Under the pieces are notes generated by a model. The model saw nothing but the letters and a program-made list of their open reading frames with translations, made no database searches and had not been told where the DNA came from. A stretch of 24,000 nt of DNA from Alphaproteobacteria bacterium. Its GTDB lineage: Bacteria; Pseudomonadota; Alphaproteobacteria; Bin65. Both the position numbers and the translations under genes were made by a program. The stretch covers positions 15,041 to 39,040 of the forward strand of contig JAJFFJ010000003.1 of assembly GCA_021776685.1 (NCBI GenBank), in the 5' to 3' direction. Shown here one piece after another: positions 1 to 9,262 of this stretch. Within the stretch, counting starts at the first letter, position 1. Each line of letters opens with the position of its first letter.

Positions 1-233
1 GACTCCAGATCTTCCTTGTGATCCAGCCCGGGCTCCCGGAAATGAACCTGGGTATCGATGACCCCAGGCAATACGTCCAGACCCGTTGCGTCGAACCGCT
101 CCGGGGCGTCAGATCCCGCTAAAGATCCAATGGCTGCAATGCGTCCATCGACAATACCGATGTCGGCGTCAACCTGCCCTGCGGGCGTGAAGCATCGGCC
201 TTTCTCAATGATCAATTCGAACGCGTCGTTCAT
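1..233 (-). CDS. pyrC: Dihydroorotase-family cyclic amidohydrolase, N-terminal ~77 codons (gene continues past the left edge)
   Basis: Hand translation of the minus strand from ATG 233..231 gives MNDAFELIIEKGRCFTPAGQVDADIGIVDGRIAAIGSLAGSDAPERFDATGLDVLPGVIDTQVHFREPGLDHKEDLE. The PGxID-QVHFREPG-HKEDLE block is the N-terminal metal-site region of type-I dihydroorotases. It is absent from the ORF track because it is open at the window edge. ATGA start/stop overlap with the upstream GT gene. Confidence 0.55.
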   Translation of the reverse strand, partial: MNDAFELIIEKGRCFTPAGQVDADIGIVDGRIAAIGSLAGSDAPERFDATGLDVLPGVIDTQVHFREPGLDHKEDLE

Positions 234-1288
234 TCACCCTTCCAATCAATATCGGCATCGTCGCATAGCCGTTTAAACAAAGTCAGATAGGCATCGACGA
301 CTGACGCTTCACTAAACCGTTCACGATAATTTTCGTAGCCGGCGGTGGCGATTGCCTCCGCAAATTCTCTATCATCCGCCAGGCGCCGCAGCGCAGCAGC
401 AAGTCCAGTCACATCATCCACCGCACACAGCAACCCGTTTGATCCATCTTCGATCAGCTGCGCTGGCCCTTCGCTCGCCGCCGCAACAACCGGCTTCCGG
501 CGTGCCCAAGCTTCCAAAACCACGTTGCCCAAGGGCTCGCGACGGGATGGGACCGCGACGATATCGGCAGCTTCCAGCAAGCTGGATGGATCGTCAATCC
601 AGCCTAGAAGCCGCACACGATCCTCCAGGCCTTTGCGGCGGCAGAGCTTTTTCATGTCCGACGCCAGCGGACCGTCACCGGCGAGCCAAAGATGAACTCC
701 TGGCGCCTCCGCCAGCGCTTCAATCAGAATATCGAAGGCCTTGTTCTCATGCAGGCGCCCCATCGCCACCACCAAAGGTGCCTCTGCGGGGGTGCCATAT
801 TGCGCCCTGTCCGCGGCGGTCGCCAGCCTCTCATCGACGAAATTTGGGAGATAGTGAACCCGCTCCATTGCGAATTTTTCTTCAATCAGGTGACGGCATA
901 TATCTGTCGTGTTGCCGATGAGATGATCGCAAGCCTGATAGTATTTTCCTGCGTAGTAGCCGCCCAGCCGGGCAATATGCAATCGTTCTCGAGGGCGCGC
1001 CGGCGGTGCGAATTTCGCGGCGCGGCTCATGAAGCTGAGAAATATGTGCGGAGAAAACGCATCAACCGCCCGCGTGAGCTTGCGCCTCGTCGTGAAATCG
1101 AAGGGACCGCCGTAGGGCAGTTGGATCGGCTGTATGTCTGCCGCCCCGAGCCTCTCAGCCCTGTCATCATCTCGACGGATAGCCACCTGAATCTTGACGT
1201 CTCGCCGGGCGAATGCCATCGCCAAGCGCTCAAAAAACGCCTCAGCGCCTCCGTGGCGGGCGCCCGCCATCGACATCATCAGACGCAT
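230..1288 (-). CDS. Glycosyltransferase family 4 (GT-B, RfaG-like)
   Basis: 352-aa ORF. N-terminus MSMAGARHGGAEAFFERLAMAF and the C-terminal VPSRREPLGNVVLEAWARRKPVVA (E-x7-E type motif) are typical of GT4 enzymes. ATG at 1288 overlaps the TAA of the upstream gene by 1 nt. Confidence 0.8.
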   Translation of the reverse strand: MRLMMSMAGARHGGAEAFFERLAMAFARRDVKIQVAIRRDDDRAERLGAADIQPIQLPYGGPFDFTTRRKLTRAVDAFSPHIFLSFMSRAAKFAPPARPRERLHIARLGGYYAGKYYQACDHLIGNTTDICRHLIEEKFAMERVHYLPNFVDERLATAADRAQYGTPAEAPLVVAMGRLHENKAFDILIEALAEAPGVHLWLAGDGPLASDMKKLCRRKGLEDRVRLLGWIDDPSSLLEAADIVAVPSRREPLGNVVLEAWARRKPVVAAASEGPAQLIEDGSNGLLCAVDDVTGLAAALRRLADDREFAEAIATAGYENYRERFSEASVVDAYLTLFKRLCDDADIDWKGE

Positions 1289-2076
1289 TAGTCGCTTTCA
1301 AGCTTGAAACGCAGCCAGGAAATCATCGGCCAGATCGCCGCGAACAATGCAATCAGGAAGCCATAATAGCCTTCCTTGTAGCCTTTCCGGCTGATGTAGC
1401 ATTTCCAGAAACGCGTAAAGAGGCGCCGAAAATTGCGCCAGAACCCCTCTCGGCTCCCACTGGCCCGCATGTCTGCCGCCTTTGCAGCGGTATAACGGTC
1501 GAGGCGGCGGATCATATCGGAGATATTGTCGTCCACATGATGGATCATACGGTTCGTCAACCAACGCTTCGGACCGGTCAATTCAGTCTTCGGATGAATA
1601 CGCTGGCTCTCACCCCATCTTTTGGCGCCTTTGGAGAATAATCTTTCCGTCGCGCTCACACCCCAGGAACCGCCCCAACCGTGGCGCACCAAACGGGTGC
1701 CGATGTAGTTATCAAATGGGATGAGGAAAAAGCCTGGTTCAGCGCTCGCAATCTTCTCCTGAACTTCCCGGGCCAACGCGTCGGGCACCCGTTCGTCGGC
1801 ATCTACTTCCAGGATCCAATCCCCGGCGCAGGCATCAATCCCCGCATTGCGCCGCGGTCCTTCGATCTCCCACGATCCTTCGACCAACCGGTCGGTGAAG
1901 CGTGTAGCGATGTCTCGGGAGTTGTCAGTGCAATCGTCGAGAACCACAACAATCTCGTCCGCAAAAGTCAGCGTTTCCAAGCAATCCGCAAGTTGCGCTT
2001 GCTCGTTGTGGGCCACCACCAGCGCGGACAACTTCGGCGTGGCAACACTCCCAACATTGTTTGCTGGCGCTGTCAT
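1288..2076 (-). CDS. Glycosyltransferase family 2
   Basis: LSALVVAHNEQAQLADCLETL...VVVLDDCTDNS...WILEVDADERV (GT2 DxD-type core). The track ORF extends to 2157, but the ATG at 2076..2074 (MTAPANN...) forms an ATGA overlap with the upstream stop and removes an 85-nt overlap. Confidence 0.75.
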   Translation of the reverse strand: MTAPANNVGSVATPKLSALVVAHNEQAQLADCLETLTFADEIVVVLDDCTDNSRDIATRFTDRLVEGSWEIEGPRRNAGIDACAGDWILEVDADERVPDALAREVQEKIASAEPGFFLIPFDNYIGTRLVRHGWGGSWGVSATERLFSKGAKRWGESQRIHPKTELTGPKRWLTNRMIHHVDDNISDMIRRLDRYTAAKAADMRASGSREGFWRNFRRLFTRFWKCYISRKGYKEGYYGFLIALFAAIWPMISWLRFKLESD

Positions 2077-3038
2077 TCCGCCGCCGCTCTTGTAACCCGC
2101 GCCATCAAACCTCGAGCTGTATCCATGGCCGAATCGACTGAGAGAGTCTCCATCCACGACCGGTCCAAGCTTTTGTCATAGCCGGGAGCTGAGATGATTT
2201 CATCAAATGAAAGGGTGGTGCGGGCGACTGCGGTCATTTCGCCCCACGGCGCGTAGTGTTCGTCCTTGCTAGGGCCGAATAGACCAACTGTCGGGGTGCC
2301 GCTGGCTGCCGCCATGTGCATCAGGGCCGAATCATTGCCAACGAAAAACGCACATCGTTTCAGGCAAGCATAGGCAGTCAGTAAATCGATCTTCCCGGCA
2401 ACATCAATACGGCGCGCGTCCGGCACCTCTGACAATACTCGCAGCGCTGCCTCTCGCTCTCCCGGCGCCGAAAACACTGCTACGCGGCCACCTGGCAAAA
2501 TTCCGTCCGACGATATAATTCGCGCGACCAGCGCCCGATACCGTTCGGCTGGCCATACCTTGCCTGGCCAGTTCGCCATAGGCGCCAGCGCCAATACGGG
2601 CGGACCGGCGGCAATCAGGAATTCCGCTTCGGTCTCATGGGTCGGCGATGTCCAGATATGCGGAACCAATGAATGCTCCGCACCCATCATGCGGGTGATC
2701 TGCTGAACAGTATGTTCGCCCGGGAGCTTCCGCGGCATAACCCGAAGCCGCCGATGAGGGATGAGCCGTGCTATCGCTGATCGCCGGCCGTCGATCACCA
2801 GCGACCAAAAACGCGGCGCCGTTCGCCGCCAAAGGTCGATCCAGTGTCCCGCGCGTGGTTGTTTCTTAAGGGCGACGACCTCTTCAAGGTTTGGCACTGC
2901 ATCAAAAATCGGCGCCGCTTCCGGACCACAAGCGAGCGTGACGCGGGCATTGGGCCATCGTTCCAACGCATAGCGCAGTGCGCCCGTTCCCAATACGGCG
3001 TCGCCAATTCGTGTGGCTGTTATGAACAGAATGCGCAA
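2073..3038 (-). CDS. Glycosyltransferase family 9 (ADP-heptose:LPS heptosyltransferase-like)
   Basis: 321-aa ORF. MRILFITATRIGDAVL N-terminus and GNDSALMHMAAASGTPTVGLFGPS near the C-terminus are GT9 hallmarks. The start codon is TTG (3038..3036). Confidence 0.8.
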   Translation of the reverse strand: MRILFITATRIGDAVLGTGALRYALERWPNARVTLACGPEAAPIFDAVPNLEEVVALKKQPRAGHWIDLWRRTAPRFWSLVIDGRRSAIARLIPHRRLRVMPRKLPGEHTVQQITRMMGAEHSLVPHIWTSPTHETEAEFLIAAGPPVLALAPMANWPGKVWPAERYRALVARIISSDGILPGGRVAVFSAPGEREAALRVLSEVPDARRIDVAGKIDLLTAYACLKRCAFFVGNDSALMHMAAASGTPTVGLFGPSKDEHYAPWGEMTAVARTTLSFDEIISAPGYDKSLDRSWMETLSVDSAMDTARGLMARVTRAAAE

Positions 3039-3164
3039 TGTCGGATCATACCTTTTGAACGCAGTCGCCCTTATAGGAGGGTCGCCAGAACTTTGCCATC
3101 AATGGGTTGTCCCATCAGGTTGACAGGCCCACCTTAGCATTGGCAACAGCATCCAGGCCCACTC

Positions 3165-4055
3165 ATGACTGACTCTGATCGACCCTGCTTCACCCATCTC
3201 AAGTCCAGGGCTATCATTCGCCTCTCTGGGCCCGACGTCCGACCGGTCCTTCAGGGCATCGTGTCCAATGATGTGGAAAAAGTATCACCCGCCCGTGTCA
3301 TCTGGGCGGCATTGCTGACGCCGCAGGGAAAGTATCTCCATGATTTTTTCATCGGACAACTGGGCGAAGATATCCTGCTCGACTGCGAAGGCGACAGACG
3401 CAGTGACCTGATAACCCGCCTCAAGCGTTTCAAGCTTCGCTCGAGGGTGGCAATCGACGCTGAGGATGATCTGGCTGTCTTTGCGCTGTTTCCGATAGGG
3501 GCGGCGGCGACAATATTGAATGGCAAGGCAGGCGACGCTGAACCGGCTGACGGCGGGATGATCTTCATGGATCCCCGGCTCCAGGAAGCGGGTGCCCGGG
3601 CCATCATACATCCAGACAATCAGAAGCCTTTAAAAGATCGATTTGCGGTAACAGAAGGGTCCATCGCCAAATACGATGCCTTCCGAATGGCCTTAGGCCT
3701 GCCGGACGGTAGCCGGGATATTACGGTGGAGAAATCAGTGCTGCTAGAAGCAGGATTTGACGAACTAAATGGCATCGACTGGCAAAAAGGCTGCTACATG
3801 GGGCAGGAAGTGACGGCCCGTACCTATCACCGCGGACTTGTGAAACGCCGGTTGTTGCCGGTAACGCTCGATGGGCCGGAGCTGCCACCTGGAACGCCGC
3901 TATTTGCCGGTGACCGGGAGGTGGGCGAGATCACATCGAGTGCCGAAGGTGCCGGCCTGGCTATGATTCGGCTCGATGCCCTAGGTGCTGGCACGGAGAT
4001 TCTCGGTGAGCAGACCCGTATCAACGCGAATCCACCTAACTGGGTGAAGATGTAG
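3165..4055 (+). CDS. ygfZ: YgfZ/CAF17-type folate-binding protein (Fe-S cluster repair / tRNA modification)
   Basis: 296-aa ORF with an ATG start and the conserved KGCYMGQEVTARTYHRG motif of the YgfZ family. Confidence 0.8.
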   Translation: MTDSDRPCFTHLKSRAIIRLSGPDVRPVLQGIVSNDVEKVSPARVIWAALLTPQGKYLHDFFIGQLGEDILLDCEGDRRSDLITRLKRFKLRSRVAIDAEDDLAVFALFPIGAAATILNGKAGDAEPADGGMIFMDPRLQEAGARAIIHPDNQKPLKDRFAVTEGSIAKYDAFRMALGLPDGSRDITVEKSVLLEAGFDELNGIDWQKGCYMGQEVTARTYHRGLVKRRLLPVTLDGPELPPGTPLFAGDREVGEITSSAEGAGLAMIRLDALGAGTEILGEQTRINANPPNWVKM

Positions 4056-4067
4056 GCAAGCGCCGCG

Positions 4068-4490
4068 TCAGATCATTGCGCCGCGGGTTTTATCGAACAC
4101 GCTCTGAACTTCCGACATATCGCCTGGCGTGTGACCCCAGTTCAGTTTGAGATCATCGCCGAGATAGCAGGGCAAAATGTGAAAATGGAGATGGGGCACG
4201 CTATTCAGAGCCCCCGGCCCATTTGCCTGCACCAAATTAACCCCATCAGGCTCCAAGGCCTCGTTGACTGCAGTTGCAACCCGCTGGGCGGTAAGGATGA
4301 CACGCCCTAAATCCGCCTCTGGAACCTCAAAAACGTTGATATGGTGGTTTTTCACAATAGCCAACGCATGGCCCGGGTTGGCTGAATTGATGTCCATGAA
4401 GGCCAGCGTCGTATCGTCCTCGAACAGATTGAGGCACGGGATCTCTCCTGCAACGATGTTGCAGAAGACACAGTCTGTCGACGTGGGCAT
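4068..4490 (-). CDS. HIT-family nucleotide hydrolase/transferase
   Basis: CVFCNIVAGEIP... and the histidine triad HLHFHILP. The ATG at 4490..4488 overlaps the ppdK TGA by 1 nt. The track's longer N-terminus (to 4565) lies inside ppdK. Confidence 0.8.
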   Translation of the reverse strand: MPTSTDCVFCNIVAGEIPCLNLFEDDTTLAFMDINSANPGHALAIVKNHHINVFEVPEADLGRVILTAQRVATAVNEALEPDGVNLVQANGPGALNSVPHLHFHILPCYLGDDLKLNWGHTPGDMSEVQSVFDKTRGAMI

Positions 4491-7162
4491 CAGGTCTTCT
4501 GATCCGCCGCAATCGCCGCTTGGGCCGCCGCCAGCCGGGCAATGGGCACCCGAAACGGCGAGCATGAGACATAGTCCAGGCCCACCTGCTCGCAGAATTC
4601 GATGGATGAAGGATCACCCCCATGTTCACCGCAAATGCCAAGCTTGATATTCGGTCGGGTTGCCCTGCCCCGATCGGTGGCGATTTGCACAAGTTCCCCG
4701 ACGCCCTCGCGGTCAAGACTGATGAATGGATCCACCTCAAGAATGCCCTGTTCCAGATAGGCGCCCAGAAACTGACCCGCGTCGTCCCGTGACAATCCAA
4801 ATGTCGTTTGCGTCAAATCGTTTGTGCCAAAACTGAAAAACTCTGCGGATTCGGCGATTGCGCCAGCCTGAAGAGCGGCGCGGGGCAGTTCGATCATAGT
4901 GCCGACCAGATAGTCGATCGCGCAATTGCGGCTAGCACTCACATCTACAGCAACTGCATCTATCACAGCCTTCAGCGTATCGATCTCCGCCTTCGTTGCA
5001 GCCAAAGGGATCATCACTTCCGGGATCACCGCTTCGCCGGTTTCCGCGACAGCGTCTGCGGCTGCTTCAAAAATTGCCCGCGCCTGCATCTCGCAGATCT
5101 CGGGATACGTCACAGCCAATCGGCACCCCCTGTGCCCCAGCATGGGATTGGTTTCTTCCAGCCGCGCCGCCCGTCGTTTTACTTCCTCAACGGTGGTCGA
5201 TGCCGCTTTGGCGACTTCCGCCATTTCTTCCTCGGAGTGAGGCAGGAACTCATGAAGTGGTGGATCGAGCAAACGAATCGTCACTGGCAATCCAGCCATG
5301 ATCTTGAAAATTTCCACGAAGTCCGCACGCTGCATGGGCAGAATGCGCTCCAGGGCCTCCCGCCGGCCGGCCTCGTCCTCGGCCATGATCATCTGGCGGA
5401 CGGCAACAATCCGCTCGGAATCGAAAAACATATGTTCGGTACGACACAGGCCGATCCCCTCCGCACCAAATTCCAGCGCGGTTCTCACATCGGTGGGAGT
5501 TTCAGCATTGGCCCGCACACGCATGCGCCGCCGCTCATCCGCCCACACCATGATCTGACGAAAACCATCGGAAAACGTAGGCTGAAGCGTCGGAACATCG
5601 CCCAGCATGATAGTGCCGGATGCACCATCGATAGTCACCTTGTCGCCAGCAGCTACTGATTTGCCGCCGCAAGCCATCGTTTGCGATTGATAGTCGATGC
5701 GTACATCCCCGGCGCCCGCAACACACGGCCTTCCCATGCCCCGGGCAACCACCGCCGCGTGACTGGTCATGCCTCCGCGAGTGGTGACGATACCGCGCGC
5801 GGCATGCATACCGTGGATATCCTCCGGGCTGGTTTCGGTGCGGGCCAGGATAACGTCTTCACCAGCCTGCGCACGGGTTTCCGCTTCGTCAGAAGAGAAG
5901 ACGACGATGCCTGACGCGGCCCCGGGAGATGCAGGGAGACCTCGTCCAAAAACCTCCACCTCCGCCGAAGGGTCAAGCATCGGGTGAAGCAGTTGATCTA
6001 ATTGGGCAGCATCGACCCGGAGAACGGCCTCATCCTTCGAAATCAGCCCCTCCTCCACCATGTCGACGGCGATCTTGATTGCAGCCGGGACGGTCCGCTT
6101 GCCAGACCGCGTCTGTAGCATCCAAAGCTTGCCTCGTTGAACGGTGAATTCGATATCCTGGATGTCTTTGTAATGCCCCTCCAGTCGGGTTCGCACGGCG
6201 TCAAGCTGGCCAAATATCTCCGGCATAGACTCTTCCATCGCCGGATCTTCCGATCCGTGCGCGAGCCTTCCCTCAGTTGTCAAATTCTGGGGCGTCCGGA
6301 TTCCTGCAACAACGTCCTCACCCTGGGCGTTAATCAGATATTCGCCATAGAAACGATTGTCGCCGGTTGAAGGGTCCCGGGTGAAAGCAACGCCGGTAGC
6401 GCAATCGTCGCCCATATTGCCGAATACCATTGCCTGCACATTGACCGCCGTGCCCCAATCATCCGATATGCCGTGCAGCCGCCGATAGGTTTTGGCCCGC
6501 TGATTCATCCAGCTGCCGAATACGGCGCCAACCGCGCCCCATAGCTGCGTATGCGGTTCCAGGGGAAACGGCTCGCCCAATTCCGCGTCAACCATGTCTT
6601 TGTAGCGTTTGACCAGTTCCTGCCAGTCCGATGCGCCCATTTCCGTATCGAGTGTGGCGCCGACTTCTGCCTTCACATCCTCCAGCAGCGTTTCGAAGCT
6701 GTAGTGATCGATCCCGAGCACCACATCGCCATACATCTGGATAAACCGACGGTAGCTGTCCCAGGCAAATCGCTCGTCACCGCTGGCTGCCGCCAAACCA
6801 ACAACGGTTTCGTCGTTCAAGCCGAGGTTTAGCACGGTGTCCATCATGCCGGGCATCGATGCTCGTCCGCCAGAACGAACGGAAACCAACACAGGGTTGG
6901 CCGGATCGCCAAAGCCGCTGCCAACGGTTTCTTCAACCGCTTTAAGAGCTGCGGTTACCTGGCCAGCCAATTCTTCAGGATAGGATTCCCCGTTGCCGTA
7001 ATACCAGGCGCAGACATCGGTCGAGATCGTAAAGCCAGGTGGCACCGGCAGTCCAATCTGACACATCTCCGCCAGGTTTGCGCCTTTGCCACCGAGCAGG
7101 TTTCGCATCGACGCGTCGCCTTCGGCCTTTCCATCGCCAAAGGCATAGACCCACTTTTTCAT
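4490..7162 (-). CDS. ppdK: Pyruvate, phosphate dikinase
   Basis: 890-aa ORF. MKKWVYAFG...LLGGKGANLAEM N-terminus, phosphohistidine loop GGMTSHAAVVARGMG, and the C-terminal PEP/pyruvate domain (FFSFGTNDLTQ, GICGEHGGDP). Confidence 0.95.
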   Translation of the reverse strand: MKKWVYAFGDGKAEGDASMRNLLGGKGANLAEMCQIGLPVPPGFTISTDVCAWYYGNGESYPEELAGQVTAALKAVEETVGSGFGDPANPVLVSVRSGGRASMPGMMDTVLNLGLNDETVVGLAAASGDERFAWDSYRRFIQMYGDVVLGIDHYSFETLLEDVKAEVGATLDTEMGASDWQELVKRYKDMVDAELGEPFPLEPHTQLWGAVGAVFGSWMNQRAKTYRRLHGISDDWGTAVNVQAMVFGNMGDDCATGVAFTRDPSTGDNRFYGEYLINAQGEDVVAGIRTPQNLTTEGRLAHGSEDPAMEESMPEIFGQLDAVRTRLEGHYKDIQDIEFTVQRGKLWMLQTRSGKRTVPAAIKIAVDMVEEGLISKDEAVLRVDAAQLDQLLHPMLDPSAEVEVFGRGLPASPGAASGIVVFSSDEAETRAQAGEDVILARTETSPEDIHGMHAARGIVTTRGGMTSHAAVVARGMGRPCVAGAGDVRIDYQSQTMACGGKSVAAGDKVTIDGASGTIMLGDVPTLQPTFSDGFRQIMVWADERRRMRVRANAETPTDVRTALEFGAEGIGLCRTEHMFFDSERIVAVRQMIMAEDEAGRREALERILPMQRADFVEIFKIMAGLPVTIRLLDPPLHEFLPHSEEEMAEVAKAASTTVEEVKRRAARLEETNPMLGHRGCRLAVTYPEICEMQARAIFEAAADAVAETGEAVIPEVMIPLAATKAEIDTLKAVIDAVAVDVSASRNCAIDYLVGTMIELPRAALQAGAIAESAEFFSFGTNDLTQTTFGLSRDDAGQFLGAYLEQGILEVDPFISLDREGVGELVQIATDRGRATRPNIKLGICGEHGGDPSSIEFCEQVGLDYVSCSPFRVPIARLAAAQAAIAADQKT

Positions 7163-7168
7163 CTGCCC

Positions 7169-9259
7169 CTAGCCTTCGATCTTTGAAAAATCGGCAACAT
7201 ATTCGTCCAGATGCGTCGAGAATGTCGCCAACAGCCGAAGACGGCGTTCGCGCTTGCGGGGTGCATCCACGTTTACTTTCACTTTCTCAAAAAAAGTATC
7301 AATGGGTTCCCGCAATCCGGAAAAGGTTTTCATCACGCCGCGAAAATCTTCCTCGTTGAGGTGCGCCGACGCCCGTACACCTGCCCCTTCCAGCGCCCGA
7401 AAAAGCGCGAGTTCTTCAGGCAAGTTGAGTTGCCCTGGCTTGTCGAGGGCGGAGAATGTCCGGCCATCTTTTCGCTCTTCAGATTTGACGATGTTGGCAG
7501 CACGCCGATATGCAGTCAGCAGATTGACACCGTCCTCGCTATTGACGAATTCATCCAATGCATCGACCCGCTTCATGATCCGAATCAAGTCGTCTTCTCC
7601 CTTGAGGGCGAAGACCGCGTTGATCAGGTCATGTCGTACACCCTGTTCCCGCAGATGCACTTTCAGGCGGTCGGCGAAAAAATCGAGGAGCGCTTTCAAC
7701 ACTTCCGGCGGAACCTTGGTGCGTCGGAATCCGTAGAGTTTGAATGACGCTTCAATAAGCTTGACCAAGGGCAGGCGCAGGCGGTTTTCGAGGATCAGGC
7801 GGATAATGCCAAGCGCAGCGCGGCGCAAACCGTAAGGATCGCGCGAACCAGTGGGCTTTTCGTCGATTGCAAAGAAGCCGACCAGCATGTCCAGCTTGTC
7901 CGCCAGCGCTACAGCAACGGACACGCTGCCCGTCGGACATTTGTCGCCGGGGCCTTGCGGCGAATAGTGATCGGCGATTGCGTCAGCTACGGCCGGATCC
8001 TCGCCGTCATTCAAAGCATAATATCGCCCCATGGTTCCCTGAAGCTCCGGGAACTCCCCGACCATGCCGGTGGTGAGATCAGCCTTCGCGAGCAGCCCGG
8101 CACGCGCACAGGCCTGACGGTCCGCATCCTTCACCAGCGCACCGATTTCAGACGCCAGGCGGGAGAGCCGCTTGGCGCGATCACCAACGGTTCCAAGCTG
8201 GGCGTGAAACGTAATTTCGCTGAGACCGGGGACATTCTCCTCAAGGCGCCGTTGGAGGTCCTGATCCCAAAAGAATTTGGCGTCCGACAGGCGGGCCCGG
8301 AGGACTCGTTCATTGCCGGCAAGAATGGCCTGACCGTCATCTTGCGGAATGATGTTGGCAATCACCACGAACCGCGGCGCCATATGACCATCCCGTGTGT
8401 GGACGGCAAAATACTTCTGATGGCTACGCATGGAGGTGATCAAGACCTCCTGGGGCAGGTCCATGAACTGCTCATCAATCGAGCCGAGCAGCGGCACAGG
8501 CCATTCAACCAAACCGGTGACCTCATTCAAAAGGGCCGGATCTTCCTGTAGCGTCAGGCCGCGCTTGCGCGCGAGAGCAGCCGCCCCCGACCAGATCGTC
8601 TCTCGCCGTTCAACCTGATCGAGCATGACGAACGCCTTACGGAGACGGTCTTTGTAACCCGAGATCGTATCAACCAGCAGGTCACCGGGAGCCAAAAAGC
8701 GATGCCCCACAGTCTTGGGTGAAAAAGGAAGTGTTACGCCGCCGCCCAGGTCGATTTCGCCTGATACCGGCCAGCTGTTGAAGATGCAGAGAATGTTGTG
8801 CAAGGGCCGAACAAAGGCGAATTGGCCATTCCCCCAGCGCATGCTTTTGGGCCAAGACAGCTTTTTGATCGACTGCACCACAATCCCCGGCAGCGCATCG
8901 ACTGTCTCGCCACCCGGTTGATCAATCACGGCAAAATAAAACGTGCCACCTTTCACTTCCCGGGTTTCACACTCATCGATGGATTTCAGTCCTACCGACC
9001 GGAGAAAGCCAGCTATCGCCTGATCGGGCGAACCGACCCTGGGGCCACGACGTTCTTCGTGGACATCTGCTTGCTTGAGCGGCAGATCAGTAATGCAGAC
9101 GGCCAACCGCCGGGGGGTCACTAAACTTTCCACCCGATCAAATCCGATGCCCGCGTCCTTCAGGCCGGATGTCAGGTTATCCTCAAACGCGCTCCGCGCA
9201 CGTTCCTGCATACGGGCAGGAATCTCTTCACACAACAGTTCAACAATCAAATCCGCCAC
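7169..9259 (-). CDS. glyS: Glycine--tRNA ligase beta subunit
   Basis: 696-aa ORF. MADLIVELLCEEIPARMQ N-terminus and overall length are typical of GlyS. GTG start at 9259..9257, 3 nt after the glyQ stop. Its stop lies 6 nt before the ppdK ATG. Confidence 0.92.
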   Translation of the reverse strand: MADLIVELLCEEIPARMQERARSAFEDNLTSGLKDAGIGFDRVESLVTPRRLAVCITDLPLKQADVHEERRGPRVGSPDQAIAGFLRSVGLKSIDECETREVKGGTFYFAVIDQPGGETVDALPGIVVQSIKKLSWPKSMRWGNGQFAFVRPLHNILCIFNSWPVSGEIDLGGGVTLPFSPKTVGHRFLAPGDLLVDTISGYKDRLRKAFVMLDQVERRETIWSGAAALARKRGLTLQEDPALLNEVTGLVEWPVPLLGSIDEQFMDLPQEVLITSMRSHQKYFAVHTRDGHMAPRFVVIANIIPQDDGQAILAGNERVLRARLSDAKFFWDQDLQRRLEENVPGLSEITFHAQLGTVGDRAKRLSRLASEIGALVKDADRQACARAGLLAKADLTTGMVGEFPELQGTMGRYYALNDGEDPAVADAIADHYSPQGPGDKCPTGSVSVAVALADKLDMLVGFFAIDEKPTGSRDPYGLRRAALGIIRLILENRLRLPLVKLIEASFKLYGFRRTKVPPEVLKALLDFFADRLKVHLREQGVRHDLINAVFALKGEDDLIRIMKRVDALDEFVNSEDGVNLLTAYRRAANIVKSEERKDGRTFSALDKPGQLNLPEELALFRALEGAGVRASAHLNEEDFRGVMKTFSGLREPIDTFFEKVKVNVDAPRKRERRLRLLATFSTHLDEYVADFSKIEG

Positions 9260-9262
9260 GGT

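Noticed and set aside
40-60. The Q-V-H in DTQVHFREPG, in place of the canonical H-x-H metal motif, might mark an inactive dihydroorotase paralogue.
   Set aside because: From memory, the D-QVHFREPG variant is normal in one widespread dihydroorotase subfamily, so it is not evidence of inactivation. The rest of the active site lies outside the window.
3039-3164. TTGACA at 3120..3125 might be the -35 of a ygfZ promoter in the GT9/ygfZ divergent region.
   Set aside because: No acceptable -10 lies at 16-18 nt spacing (GCAACA at best). This is not strong enough to annotate.
4808-5659. Long plus-strand ORF (283 aa), plus many other 60-200 aa ORFs antisense to or out of frame with ppdK, glyS, ispB, EamA, the TRAP permease and the aminotransferase (for example 7211..7747, 7955..8551, 12586..13404, 15164..15727, 22433..23110).
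   Set aside because: They lie entirely inside strongly supported genes on the other strand or frame. Their Arg/Pro/Ser/Ala-rich, low-complexity composition is typical of GC-rich antisense frames, and none shows a recognisable family motif.
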